Shown here piece by piece: positions 9,148 through 17,369 of a DNA stretch of 59,145 bases (positions are counted from its first letter, which is position 1; the number at the start of each line of letters is the position of its first letter). Under the pieces are notes generated by a model. That model searched no databases. It had not been told where the DNA came from and saw nothing but the letters and a program-made list of their open reading frames with translations. Location: positions 1 through 59,145 of the IMG/VR virus record IMGVR_UViG_3300022841_000020. One strand, written 5' to 3'. The stretch comes from a virus. Taxonomy: Duplodnaviria; Caudoviricetes. The position numbers and the translations under genes were made by a program.

Positions 9148-9236
9148 GGCTATTTTTTATTAATTAGATAAATCGGTTATTCCGATTTATCTTAGTGACG
9201 TTCCTTTAAATTTCATAGTTTTAGTTTTAAAACATT
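9104..9236. repeat. 133-bp direct repeat, copy 2
   Basis: Offset 736 bp from copy 1; hairpin at 9166-9192. Confidence 0.97.
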
Positions 9237-9871
9237 ATTAATTGTTGCTGGTGTTGCTTAAGTCTTTTGTTGCCGTCATTAAAATAGTCTGTGTCTAGTT
9301 CACAAGTTACCAAGTCAAATCCTAAATTATGACATGCTATATCTAAACTTGCTGAACCTCTGTGAGTGTCAAGTATCTTATTCCCTTCTTTTGCATAGTT
9401 CATTAATAACCACTCATAAAGTTTAACAGGTTTTTGAGTTGGGTGTATTCTAACCTCTTTGTTTTTCATGTTTTGTTGCAACATTCCATTCCATCTAAAT
9501 TTGAAATTTCTTACCGCAGACTTAAAACTAGTATAAGCTAATTCACTATCGGCAAAATCTCCAGTATTATCTTTATCCCAGACTATCCAACAGCTACTAT
9601 CAAATGGTATTTTACTTATAAAATGATTTGCACCGAATATAATTTGATTTTTAGAAACTCTTTTTAACTCTGTGAAAAAACATACATCGGTAGGTTTTTT
9701 ATCCCAGTTTTTAGATGCGTATAGAGTAGGTTTTGCTTTTGAAACTCTAGAATGATTTTTAGCACCGTCTTCACCAATACCATAAGGAGGATCAACAATA
9801 GCCAAATCAAAGTAATCATCTGGATAACGCGCCATCATAATCATGTTATCTTCGTTTGTTGCTGTTATCAT
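9227..9871 (-). CDS. Orphan beta-class DNA amino-methyltransferase (likely m6A)
   Basis: VDPPYG, IHPTQKP, variant motif I THRGSAS. Confidence 0.9.
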   Translation of the reverse strand: MITATNEDNMIMMARYPDDYFDLAIVDPPYGIGEDGAKNHSRVSKAKPTLYASKNWDKKPTDVCFFTELKRVSKNQIIFGANHFISKIPFDSSCWIVWDKDNTGDFADSELAYTSFKSAVRNFKFRWNGMLQQNMKNKEVRIHPTQKPVKLYEWLLMNYAKEGNKILDTHRGSASLDIACHNLGFDLVTCELDTDYFNDGNKRLKQHQQQLIMF

Positions 9872-10149
9872 GATTTCTATTTTCTTAGCGATCTTCCTTT
9901 AAGTTACGTGTTACCGTTTGATTAAGTATCAATCCAATACAAATCTAATATAAGTTTTCAAAAATACAATATCAAAACCTACTTTTTATTATCCTTGACC
10001 TTTTTTGGATCATTCCATATTTACCAAAATATATCGGTAAAGTGACATTGACATAAGCCTCTTTAAGGCCATCAAAAGCTTCTATACTACGAGTATAATT
10101 AGGGGTTTCATTATTTTTTTATAACTTTTAAAAATCAGTAACATATATG

Positions 10150-10185
10150 ATAGGAGATGATTAATTAATAGGAGATAATTAATTA
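10150..10185. repeat. 18-bp tandem duplication
   Basis: ataggagatgattaatta / ataggagataattaatta. Confidence 0.8.
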
Positions 10186-10295
10186 GACTAGGTTGATTTA
10201 AATTAAGGTTGAACTAATTTTTTCCTCTTTTTTTTATCCTAAAAAACAATTTTGCTTAATCTCGTTTAATGCTAATCTAGTAGAAGTAACTAAAA

Positions 10296-10718
10296 CTACT
10301 CATTATCGTTCTTCACGTACTTAGGAGCCTTTAAACTGTAAAACTTATTTACATACCTCGGGTTTAAAATAAACCACCTAGAGTCTAAAGTAGCTACCAA
10401 ATATTCCAGCTCCACAAACTTTCTAATAGCCTCACAAAATACTGGCCTACTACATATATCGACATACTCATTAGAAACTAAATGAACACACCCACTATTA
10501 AATACATTGTCACTTCTCTTTACCCTAGAGATAATTGCCACCATTAATTTAACCTCACTACCACTGCACTCTAATACCAATCCCTCCATCAAAAGATTGC
10601 TCATTCCAAACTTACCAGCATTGCTACTATACTTGTAACGCCACTTAATACCATCATAAACCCTATGCCTTTTATCCAGAAAATAATTCTCTATCATATC
10701 CATGCATTTTTTTTTCAT
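10296..10718 (-). CDS. RepL-like winged-helix protein
   Basis: SGSEVKLMVAI...FCEAIRKFVELEYL...WFILNPRY resembles the RepL wHTH plus Y/F-x-LNP end; ATG at 10718 preferred. Confidence 0.5.
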   Translation of the reverse strand: MKKKCMDMIENYFLDKRHRVYDGIKWRYKYSSNAGKFGMSNLLMEGLVLECSGSEVKLMVAIISRVKRSDNVFNSGCVHLVSNEYVDICSRPVFCEAIRKFVELEYLVATLDSRWFILNPRYVNKFYSLKAPKYVKNDNE

Positions 10719-10756
10719 AATCCAAATATTATCCGTAAGCAAAATGAATTCCTAAA

Positions 10757-10819
10757 TGTAAATTAAATTGACAGTTAGTGTATTTCAATATTCATAAGTG
10801 TAAAATAAATTGACAGTTA
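10757..10819. repeat. Iteron-like 21-bp direct repeats, 42 bp apart
   Basis: tgtaaattaaattgacagtta (10757) and tgtaaaataaattgacagtta (10799). Confidence 0.8.
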
Positions 10820-10949
10820 TGACTTTGATTAACTATCTGTAAATCAATTAATCACAATCTTTTTACTGGGCTTAGAAGCATTTCAATATATATTGTTACT
10901 ATGAAGAAAGTGATTGTGCGCGTTTCTTATTCCCGTACAAAGAAAATAT

Positions 10950-11520
10950 AAATATATTACACTACCAAAATTTCAGTATAAACTACTTATACGATAAGGT
11001 TCTGGGGATGGAATACTATATATGCGCAGCCGGGCGCACGAAGGAAAACCCGAATGTTAGACCCACGGGGCCTGATCCTAGTAGTGAAATCTTGAGATTT
11101 TCAGCTTTTTTTTGCTAAACTATTTCCTAAATCGTAGCCCTAACTACTACCTAATCTCAACAGGATAACAGCCCAAACCCCTTAAACCCTTGCTATTGCT
11201 GGTAAAATTATAATTGTTAGCCTAGTTTTCCCGACATCTTCCCGACAGTATCAAAACCCCTAGTTAATTGTCGAGATCTCGCCAACAAATCTTGAAGGAC
11301 CTAAACCAAGTTGAAAAGCTTTTGAAGCTGCAACCGTAAAACGTTCACACACTCAGGCGTTCAGTTCAATCCTTTACCTTTCCCCTCCTTCACCTTAAAA
11401 TTATTTAACCCCTTATATGTTAACATTTATCTTATTATTATATTTTCATCTCAATAAATAAAAATAAACCCTTGTAAACCCTTATAAACAGTACGTTATA
11501 AATAAAACTTATAGTTTGAC
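10950..11520. other. Non-coding divergence region, candidate genome terminus / pac region
   Basis: No ORF; local GC-rich patch 11020-11075; C-rich plus strand; palindromes; transcription diverges here. Confidence 0.4.
11228..11247 (+). promoter_or_regulatory. Tandem TTCCCGACA pair (11-bp period), same motif as the attP arms
   Basis: ttcccgacatcttcccgaca. Confidence 0.7.
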
Positions 11521-11555
11521 TATAAAAATGTGCAAAATTTCAATGGGTTATAGTA

Positions 11556-11585
11556 TTGTTATACCATTTATAGTGTGTACATTTG
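11556..11585 (+). promoter_or_regulatory. Early promoter (TTG-N19-TAcaTTTG)
   Basis: Fits the Flavobacterium sigma70 consensus; heads the rightward early operon. Confidence 0.7.
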
Positions 11586-11633
11586 TCCACACGATAGAAA
11601 GAAGCCCACTATATATAGGGTATGAAATCCAGT

Positions 11634-11650
11634 AAGTTCATTGACATATT
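11634..11650 (+). promoter_or_regulatory. rrn-type boxA-like antitermination element
   Basis: aagttcattgacatatt about 50 nt downstream of the promoter. Confidence 0.5.
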
Positions 11651-11755
11651 TATTTAATTCTGAGTTAGGGCGGTCCTAAACTGTGATGTACTACGATACA
11701 TTGATAAAACGGTTAGGGGCTTAGACTTATAAGGAATTAGATAAGACTTAAGACA

Positions 11756-11816
11756 AGCCTGCAGGACGTAGAGAATATTGCTGCAGGCATCTAACTTAAA
11801 TAAATTAATTATTATG
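11756..11816 (+). repeat. About 60-bp hairpin + TIR direct repeat, copy 1
   Basis: gcctgcag-N16-ctgcaggc then AT-rich TIR ending in ATG; identical to 13143-13202 except a 1-nt indel. Confidence 0.95.
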
Positions 11817-11954
11817 AATGAATTAGCTAAAAAGATTTGCGAGTACAACGGACAATCAGGAACAACCAAGCAAATAGAAAAATGTATCAAAACATTTTCG
11901 GGAAGTCTTGAGCTTATGCAACAATTTGCAAAAGGTAGAATTAAGAACGCCTAA
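11814..11954 (+). CDS. Small early protein (46 aa, MNELAKKICEYNGQ...)
   Basis: Hand-translated; starts at the ATG of the repeat. Confidence 0.6.
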   Translation: MNELAKKICEYNGQSGTTKQIEKCIKTFSGSLELMQQFAKGRIKNA

Positions 11955-12011
11955 ACAACCACTAAACGCTTCGGGCCATTGGTTTGGCCCGAAGTAACTA
12001 AATAAATAATC

Positions 12012-12197
12012 ATGAATAAAACTATTAAGTACTACCAACCGACAGTCTATTTTTTGTACTGGAATGATTTTTTTCAATTTTCAACAAATGATAGACAGAA
12101 AATAAGGAATTATATTAATGATAATATTTTCAATTCTTCAGTGTATAGAATAGATTCCAATATAGGAGAAAAAAACATAAATCAAAAAACATTTTAA
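12012..12197 (+). CDS. Small early hypothetical protein
   Basis: Preceded by 10-bp hairpin 11969-11994 and TIR. Confidence 0.6.
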   Translation: MNKTIKYYQPTVYFLYWNDFFQFSTNDRQKIRNYINDNIFNSSVYRIDSNIGEKNINQKTF

Positions 12198-12218
12198 ACC
12201 CCAAATAAATTAAACACT

Positions 12219-12503
12219 ATGAAAACAGGACCCAACGCGCCATATGACCCTAAAATAATCATAACAGGCACAAACGCGTCAAACAAGAATTTCGCTAAAA
12301 CCCCTTCAGGATATACCCACACGCCAACGGGCGCAACTCTTGAGATATACCTAAGCAAAGGAGAGGAGGACGACCAAGGGAACATATTAGAACAAAATTT
12401 ATATCATGTTTTAGATTTTGACGGTGAGCAAATATCATGCGATTATGACGACTATGAGCAAGGCAAACACGCAATTTTGGACCATTACGAAATTGAAGAA
12501 TAA
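12219..12503 (+). CDS. Early hypothetical protein, acidic C-terminus
   Basis: Intact ORF with good TIR. Confidence 0.7.
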   Translation: MKTGPNAPYDPKIIITGTNASNKNFAKTPSGYTHTPTGATLEIYLSKGEEDDQGNILEQNLYHVLDFDGEQISCDYDDYEQGKHAILDHYEIEE

Positions 12504-12548
12504 ACAACCAACACGGGAAACAATACCAACCATTTTAAAACTAAAATT

Positions 12549-13133
12549 ATGAAAACAGTAAAAACAGAAGCAAGAATTTTTCTTACTGATTACGCAAGCT
12601 ATAACAACGGAAGCCAATTTGAGTTTGGCCATTGGGTGGATTTAGGCGATTTCGAAGACGCTGAGGAATTCAGCGAATATATAATCATTCACCTTCAAGA
12701 ATGCGACGAAAAAAGCCCAATAGATGAATACACTAAGAGAGAGGAGCCAATGTTCACAGATTTTGAAGGTTTTCCGGATTCATTATACAGCGAATCTTTG
12801 AGCGTTGATGACCTTCAGAAAATTTTTAATTATATCGATTTGGAATTTCCTGATGAAGATAATTTTGAAGACTGGATTCAATTACACAATGAATTTTGTC
12901 AAGAGCATAGCAGCGGAGCCGGAGAAATTTTTGAGAACGACGATGAATTTTTTGATAGGTTTTTCACAAAGCCACAGGACGCTGTGAGAGCTAGTTTCTA
13001 TGGCGATTATAGATTCATGGATGACTATGTAAAATTCGACGGGTACGGGAACCTTGAAAGCTTTGATACTCACAGACTAGATAGAGCTATTGATCAAAAC
13101 GAGATTATCAATTGGATATTAGAAAGTCTATAA
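12549..13133 (+). CDS. ardA: ArdA-family antirestriction protein (DNA mimic)
   Basis: IFLTDYASYNNG...GHWVDL...EEPMFTDFEG; very acidic. Confidence 0.85.
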   Translation: MKTVKTEARIFLTDYASYNNGSQFEFGHWVDLGDFEDAEEFSEYIIIHLQECDEKSPIDEYTKREEPMFTDFEGFPDSLYSESLSVDDLQKIFNYIDLEFPDEDNFEDWIQLHNEFCQEHSSGAGEIFENDDEFFDRFFTKPQDAVRASFYGDYRFMDDYVKFDGYGNLESFDTHRLDRAIDQNEIINWILESL

Positions 13134-13142
13134 ATTAAAAAC

Positions 13143-13202
13143 AGCCTGCAGGACGTAGAGAATATTGCTGCAGGCATCTAACTAAATAAATTAATTATTA
13201 TG
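13143..13202 (+). repeat. About 60-bp hairpin + TIR direct repeat, copy 2
   Basis: See 11756-11816. Confidence 0.95.
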
Positions 13203-13697
13203 GGAAATTACACATTAAGCACTTGTGAAAAATTAATAAACAAGTATGTAAACGAATACGACGCATTGCCAGAGGTAGTAAAAACCATTTTAAGCACCTT
13301 TGATTATAATAACGATTTATACAAAGAATGTGTAAAGATCGAAACCAAGTTAGCTAGCATAAATTACCAGTGTAATTATGGTTTAAGCGGTGAAATTTAT
13401 GATGTTAAGCCCCTTGTCAAATTTTCTAAATTCTTTGAGGTTGACGGATATTGGAAGGACGACAAAACAAGCTTCAGAGACGCTTTATTTTCTGTAGATG
13501 TTCCAGATATAGAGGCTGAAAAAATCAGCGATACAACCCTAATCAATGGCGTAATGGATTTAGATATTTCTCATTACGGCCTTGACGAATCAGAAATTAA
13601 GAGACTAATAGAAGAGGGGGCGGAGAACGATCAACTGGATTTTGTGATCACGGCTTACAAGCCTTTTTTTCCTAAAATAATTACTAGAAACCGTTAG
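13200..13697 (+). CDS. Early hypothetical protein
   Basis: Starts at the repeat ATG. Confidence 0.7.
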   Translation: MGNYTLSTCEKLINKYVNEYDALPEVVKTILSTFDYNNDLYKECVKIETKLASINYQCNYGLSGEIYDVKPLVKFSKFFEVDGYWKDDKTSFRDALFSVDVPDIEAEKISDTTLINGVMDLDISHYGLDESEIKRLIEEGAENDQLDFVITAYKPFFPKIITRNR

Positions 13698-13774
13698 AGC
13701 GGTTAAAAATAGGTGTTAAGCTCTAAGCGTGGAGGGTTCGCCCTCCAGTCACATTAATTTTAAAATCACGGGAA

Positions 13775-13960
13775 ATGCACAAAAAATTCAACAAAAAACT
13801 TATGGAAAACTTCTTTCATAAACCAAGACGTTACCGGGGTAAAAAGACCCCAGAGAACGACAATTTAGGGAACCTAATGCAAAACTATCATTTCAGTATT
13901 GCAATACAGGAGAACAGTTCACAACTCAAGATCCAAGGCTTTATTTTATGGATCAACTAA
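13775..13960 (+). CDS. Early hypothetical protein
   Basis: Preceded by double hairpin 13694-13747. Confidence 0.4.
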   Translation: MHKKFNKKLMENFFHKPRRYRGKKTPENDNLGNLMQNYHFSIAIQENSSQLKIQGFILWIN

Positions 13961-13977
13961 TTTTAAAAAGCAAACCA

Positions 13978-14430
13978 ATGAAAACCTACAAAAAACAAAT
14001 CAGCCAATATTCACTCAAGAAAAACAAAACTGATATTAATTCTATCAAAATAAAGTGCAGCAAAGATGCCCAGAAATACGCAAGGCAATTTTATTTTGAT
14101 GATATAGATATTTTCGAAAGCTTTTTTGTCATCATGCTCAATAATGCCAATAATACTATTGGTTATGTGAAAATAAGCCAAGGAGGTATCACAGGCACTT
14201 TAGTTGATATTAGAATAGTGGCGAAGTATTGCGTTGATTCTTTGGCCGTATCTTGTATTTTGGTGCATAATCACCCTAGCGGCATAATAAAGCCGAGTCA
14301 ATCAGATAAGGAAATTACTATTAAGCTAAAAAAAGGACTGGATTTATTAGATGTGAAAATCCTTGATCACATAATTTTGTCACCCAAAGAAGATGAATAT
14401 TTCAGCTTCGGTGATGAAAATTTAATGTAA
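13978..14430 (+). CDS. JAB/MPN domain (RadC-like) protein
   Basis: ESFF...GGITGTLVD...LVHNHPSG..KPSQSD...LDHII; start may be 13948. Confidence 0.92.
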   Translation: MKTYKKQISQYSLKKNKTDINSIKIKCSKDAQKYARQFYFDDIDIFESFFVIMLNNANNTIGYVKISQGGITGTLVDIRIVAKYCVDSLAVSCILVHNHPSGIIKPSQSDKEITIKLKKGLDLLDVKILDHIILSPKEDEYFSFGDENLM

Positions 14431-14469
14431 AACTATATATTTAATAATCAAAATCAAAAATTAGAAAAC

Positions 14470-14820
14470 ATGGGAATTCAAAATTTAAACTTCGAAAAAA
14501 ACTTTTTTGCAAACGTAGAAATTAAAGATCTTGAAAAATTAGGGTGGGAATTTGATCCTACTTATGAAAGTGTTGCAAATGCAAAGGATATTTCAGAAGA
14601 AGAAGCGAAGGCATGGGAAAATGAAAATTATCACGTTCAAATAAAAGTAGATGAAGACGGCAATACTCTATGGAGAACGGTTAACACAATTAAAGGTAAT
14701 AGTGGAATAGATGAAGGTTCAGACAGTGAAGAAACGGGAGATAATGAGCAAACAATCCTAGATCTTAAAAAACTTCACGAAGAAGGCAAGCTTTGGAATG
14801 AGGGAAATTTCATAGTATAA
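14470..14820 (+). CDS. Acidic early hypothetical protein
   Basis: Intact E/D-rich ORF. Confidence 0.7.
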   Translation: MGIQNLNFEKNFFANVEIKDLEKLGWEFDPTYESVANAKDISEEEAKAWENENYHVQIKVDEDGNTLWRTVNTIKGNSGIDEGSDSEETGDNEQTILDLKKLHEEGKLWNEGNFIV

Positions 14821-14901
14821 TATTATTAACAACCAGCGGAAGCCTAAGAAGCCATACGAGATCGCGACTCGTTCCGCTACTAATTTTAAAACTTAGAAAC
14901 A

Positions 14902-15120
14902 ATGAAAGTCACATTAAAAGAAGTATTCGAGAGCGGTAGCTGGATAATTACTAAGATTATCCAAGGTAGTGGACAACATAGAATAGATGCCAAGCGTAGA
15001 TTTCCAATATCGGATAAGAGTAGCTTCTTCAGCGAATGGGGTTCGGCTAAATATTTAGAGCGATTATCTTTTGAAAATTACAGTAAAAAACTCAGCGAAT
15101 TTAATTGTTATCAATATTAA
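14902..15120 (+). CDS. Early hypothetical protein
   Basis: Preceded by branched hairpin 14835-14878. Confidence 0.65.
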   Translation: MKVTLKEVFESGSWIITKIIQGSGQHRIDAKRRFPISDKSSFFSEWGSAKYLERLSFENYSKKLSEFNCYQY

Positions 15121-15122
15121 CC

Positions 15123-15203
15123 ATGAAACCAGAAACTAAAAAAGATGTCTTATATTGGAGCATTATTATAATGCTAGGAGCCACAGTGATAATTTTATTA
15201 TAA
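15123..15203 (+). CDS. Small membrane peptide (26 aa, MKPETKKDVLYWSIIIMLGATVIILL)
   Basis: Hand-translated; ATG 2 nt after the upstream stop; single hydrophobic helix. Confidence 0.45.
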   Translation: MKPETKKDVLYWSIIIMLGATVIILL

Positions 15204-15214
15204 AAAAAAGGGGA

Positions 15215-15463
15215 ATGTCAGAAACAGAATATTCGGAAATAGAAAAAAATGATACAGATTTGGTTCAAAAAGTAGCTGCTCTAATAAGAACAAGGCGCGA
15301 AGAACTAGGAATGGGTCAAGTCCTTCTCTCACAATTAAGTGGAGTAGAAAGAGGTAATATTAGTAGGCTGGAGAGAGGTAAGCGCCCAGGACTCACCTTT
15401 GGTATAATTGTAAAATTATTCACTGCTTTAAAAATTGATTTTGCTGAGATTGACGATTTGTAA
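15215..15463 (+). CDS. XRE/Cro-C1 helix-turn-helix regulator
   Basis: IRTRREELGMGQVLLSQLSGVERGNISRLERG; ATG at 15215 preferred. Confidence 0.9.
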   Translation: MSETEYSEIEKNDTDLVQKVAALIRTRREELGMGQVLLSQLSGVERGNISRLERGKRPGLTFGIIVKLFTALKIDFAEIDDL

Positions 15464-15478
15464 ATTAAAAAACCCATT

Positions 15479-15517
15479 AAAAAAAAGGCCCTCCGATTAT
15501 TCGGTAGGGCCTTTTTT
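15479..15517. terminator. Bidirectional intrinsic terminator
   Basis: aaaaaaaaggccctccga-ttat-tcggtagggcctttttt between convergent operons. Confidence 0.85.
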
Positions 15518-15904
15518 AATGCTCAATAATTTGTTAAGCATGACTTCAATGCGATTTAGCTGTTCAGGAATAACAGATATTTTATTAAAATCTATTAATG
15601 CAGGAGGAATTTCGCTCTTTGGCAATGCAATATTTAATAAATTTGCTTGAGCCTGAAGATCACCGCCAGTCAAGAGCACCGGTAGATGTCCAAATTTTAG
15701 AAAATTCATGTTTACGTTTGGAAAGGTATTGACGATACGTTCCTTAATTCCCCGACTCAAGCTATTTCTGCCCTTAAGAACATGAGGTATTGTTGATGGT
15801 GAATTATAATCTAGCTTTGTGTTAAGGCTATTTGGGTTATAGTCAAGAGCATTAAGTACCTCTTCCAAAATTTGTGCGTCTGTTAATCCCGATTCTTTTT
15901 TCAT
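15497..15904 (-). CDS. CI-like HTH regulator (no peptidase domain)
   Basis: SPSTIPHVLKGRNSLS...IVNTFPNVNMNFLKFG pattern. Confidence 0.7.
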   Translation of the reverse strand: MKKESGLTDAQILEEVLNALDYNPNSLNTKLDYNSPSTIPHVLKGRNSLSRGIKERIVNTFPNVNMNFLKFGHLPVLLTGGDLQAQANLLNIALPKSEIPPALIDFNKISVIPEQLNRIEVMLNKLLSIKKGPTE

Positions 15905-15922
15905 TTTTTCTATTGTTTAGAT

Positions 15923-17209
15923 TTATTCGTATTTAGTGTTCCAGTATTTTTTAAGCTCATCCGCTGACTCAGTTTTTGTTCTTTTGATGTAGTGGAGCAT
16001 CATATCTTCTTTTGCCCATCCACAAATATTCATGAGGTCCCTATTGGAAATATGCCCGTGTAAATTAGAAACAAAACTTCGCCTACAAATATGAGAACTT
16101 ACAAGCTTGTATTTCTTGTGAAGACCATAAACTTTTCGCTTATATTTAGTTTTCGAATCTACTAAAACTATCCCTCCTTTGATTTGCTGGTCAATCTCAG
16201 CAAGCATACAAATAACTTTGATTTGCTCGTTAAAATGTGGGTCGCTTGTTTTAACTGGAAGATTGCCATGTCTTTTTTTAATTACCTGCTTTACTTGGGG
16301 ATGAAGAGGAATTGTTACCCATACGCCTGTCTTTTGAGTTTTGATTCTAATATAGTCTCCATCAATATTGCTGATGTCCAGATTTTTATTAAAATCACTG
16401 ATACGAAGCCCAGTCCATAGTCCAATAATAGCGTTGTCTCTGATGTTATCGAGACTCAGATCATTACTTAGGTCTAAATTGTACACAGCATCAATTTCCT
16501 TCTCGTTAAGATATGGGTGATCAATTTCTTCTTGGTTTTTTTCAACGAAAACTCTATCCTGATAAGTTGGATCTGTCTTTATACCTTCGGTTTTAGCTCT
16601 TGAGATAAAGAATTTAGCTCTAGCTATCTGCCTTCTAGTAGTATTCGAAGCATAATCTTTGCTAGTCATGAATGTGGTGAATTGATCCAGTATTTCGCTG
16701 CCTATGTCTTGAATTTTATGAGCCTTTTGACCTTCGAAAGATTTCCAAATTTTTAAGAAGGATTGGTATTGCATCAAAACACTTCTAGAAATAATTTTAT
16801 TTTTATCTGTTTTCCATGTAGGAGCCTTATTTTCTATCCACCAAAGTCCAAAATCAGAATAATAAACGTAATGTTTCTCAATTGAAAGACGTTTCTCTTG
16901 CTTTGGGCGATTAAAAAATGAGCTCACAGCTTCATTTAACCAATTCTTGTCTATAATGTCACCAAGCATAAAAGAATCGTTGTAAGCCTCTAAAACGCCT
17001 ATCTTAAGTCTTTCAAATTTAGCCTGCTTTTTTACCCTGTCTGTTATTGACAAGAGGTTTTTGTAATTGGATTTTTTACTATCCCATTTCATAGGATCAA
17101 TACTTAAATTAGTTGAGCATGTAATATCGAAGCTCCTGCCGCTAATCAATCGAATGTATAATGTTGAAGGGTTTTTAGTACCTCTGATCAGTAGTTTTAT
17201 TGTTGCCAT
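15923..17209 (-). CDS. int: Tyrosine integrase (Bacteroidota type with arm-binding N-terminus)
   Basis: TGLRISD, KTQKT, SSHICRRSF, GW...MMLHY catalytic residues. Confidence 0.95.
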   Translation of the reverse strand: MATIKLLIRGTKNPSTLYIRLISGRSFDITCSTNLSIDPMKWDSKKSNYKNLLSITDRVKKQAKFERLKIGVLEAYNDSFMLGDIIDKNWLNEAVSSFFNRPKQEKRLSIEKHYVYYSDFGLWWIENKAPTWKTDKNKIISRSVLMQYQSFLKIWKSFEGQKAHKIQDIGSEILDQFTTFMTSKDYASNTTRRQIARAKFFISRAKTEGIKTDPTYQDRVFVEKNQEEIDHPYLNEKEIDAVYNLDLSNDLSLDNIRDNAIIGLWTGLRISDFNKNLDISNIDGDYIRIKTQKTGVWVTIPLHPQVKQVIKKRHGNLPVKTSDPHFNEQIKVICMLAEIDQQIKGGIVLVDSKTKYKRKVYGLHKKYKLVSSHICRRSFVSNLHGHISNRDLMNICGWAKEDMMLHYIKRTKTESADELKKYWNTKYE

Positions 17210-17232
17210 TTTTCCCGACTTTTTAATAATTA

Positions 17233-17361
17233 TTACTTCCTTATTTCGTCAATCTCGTAACCTGTTATTTCTGTAAATCGACGTTTAATATCTGGTTTCA
17301 ATTCTCTTTTTTCAAAATCTGAATTCTCAGCATTAATTTTTATTGTTATTGTTATCTCCAT
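17233..17361 (-). CDS. Small hypothetical protein (42 aa)
   Basis: Hand-translated MEITITIKINAENSDFEKRELKPD...; in the int operon. Confidence 0.5.
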   Translation of the reverse strand: MEITITIKINAENSDFEKRELKPDIKRRFTEITGYEIDEIRK

Positions 17362-17369
17362 TTCTATTT

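Noticed and set aside
7608-9871. Restriction-modification system
   Set aside because: No cognate restriction endonuclease recognised; MTases appear orphan
9975-10144. Small minus-strand gene upstream of the MTases
   Set aside because: Needs a frameshift in an A7 run to be contiguous; no recognisable motif
11400-11445. dif/Xer site
   Set aside because: Only weak resemblance to a XerD arm in AT-rich DNA; no XerC arm
11756-13202. CRISPR-like array or integron attC sites
   Set aside because: Only two copies separated by whole genes; no cas genes; no GTTRRRY/RYYYAAC boxes or IntI-type integrase
13694-13750. tRNA gene (GGTTCG T-loop-like)
   Set aside because: No cloverleaf, anticodon arm or CCA; only hairpins. 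No tRNA recognised anywhere in the window
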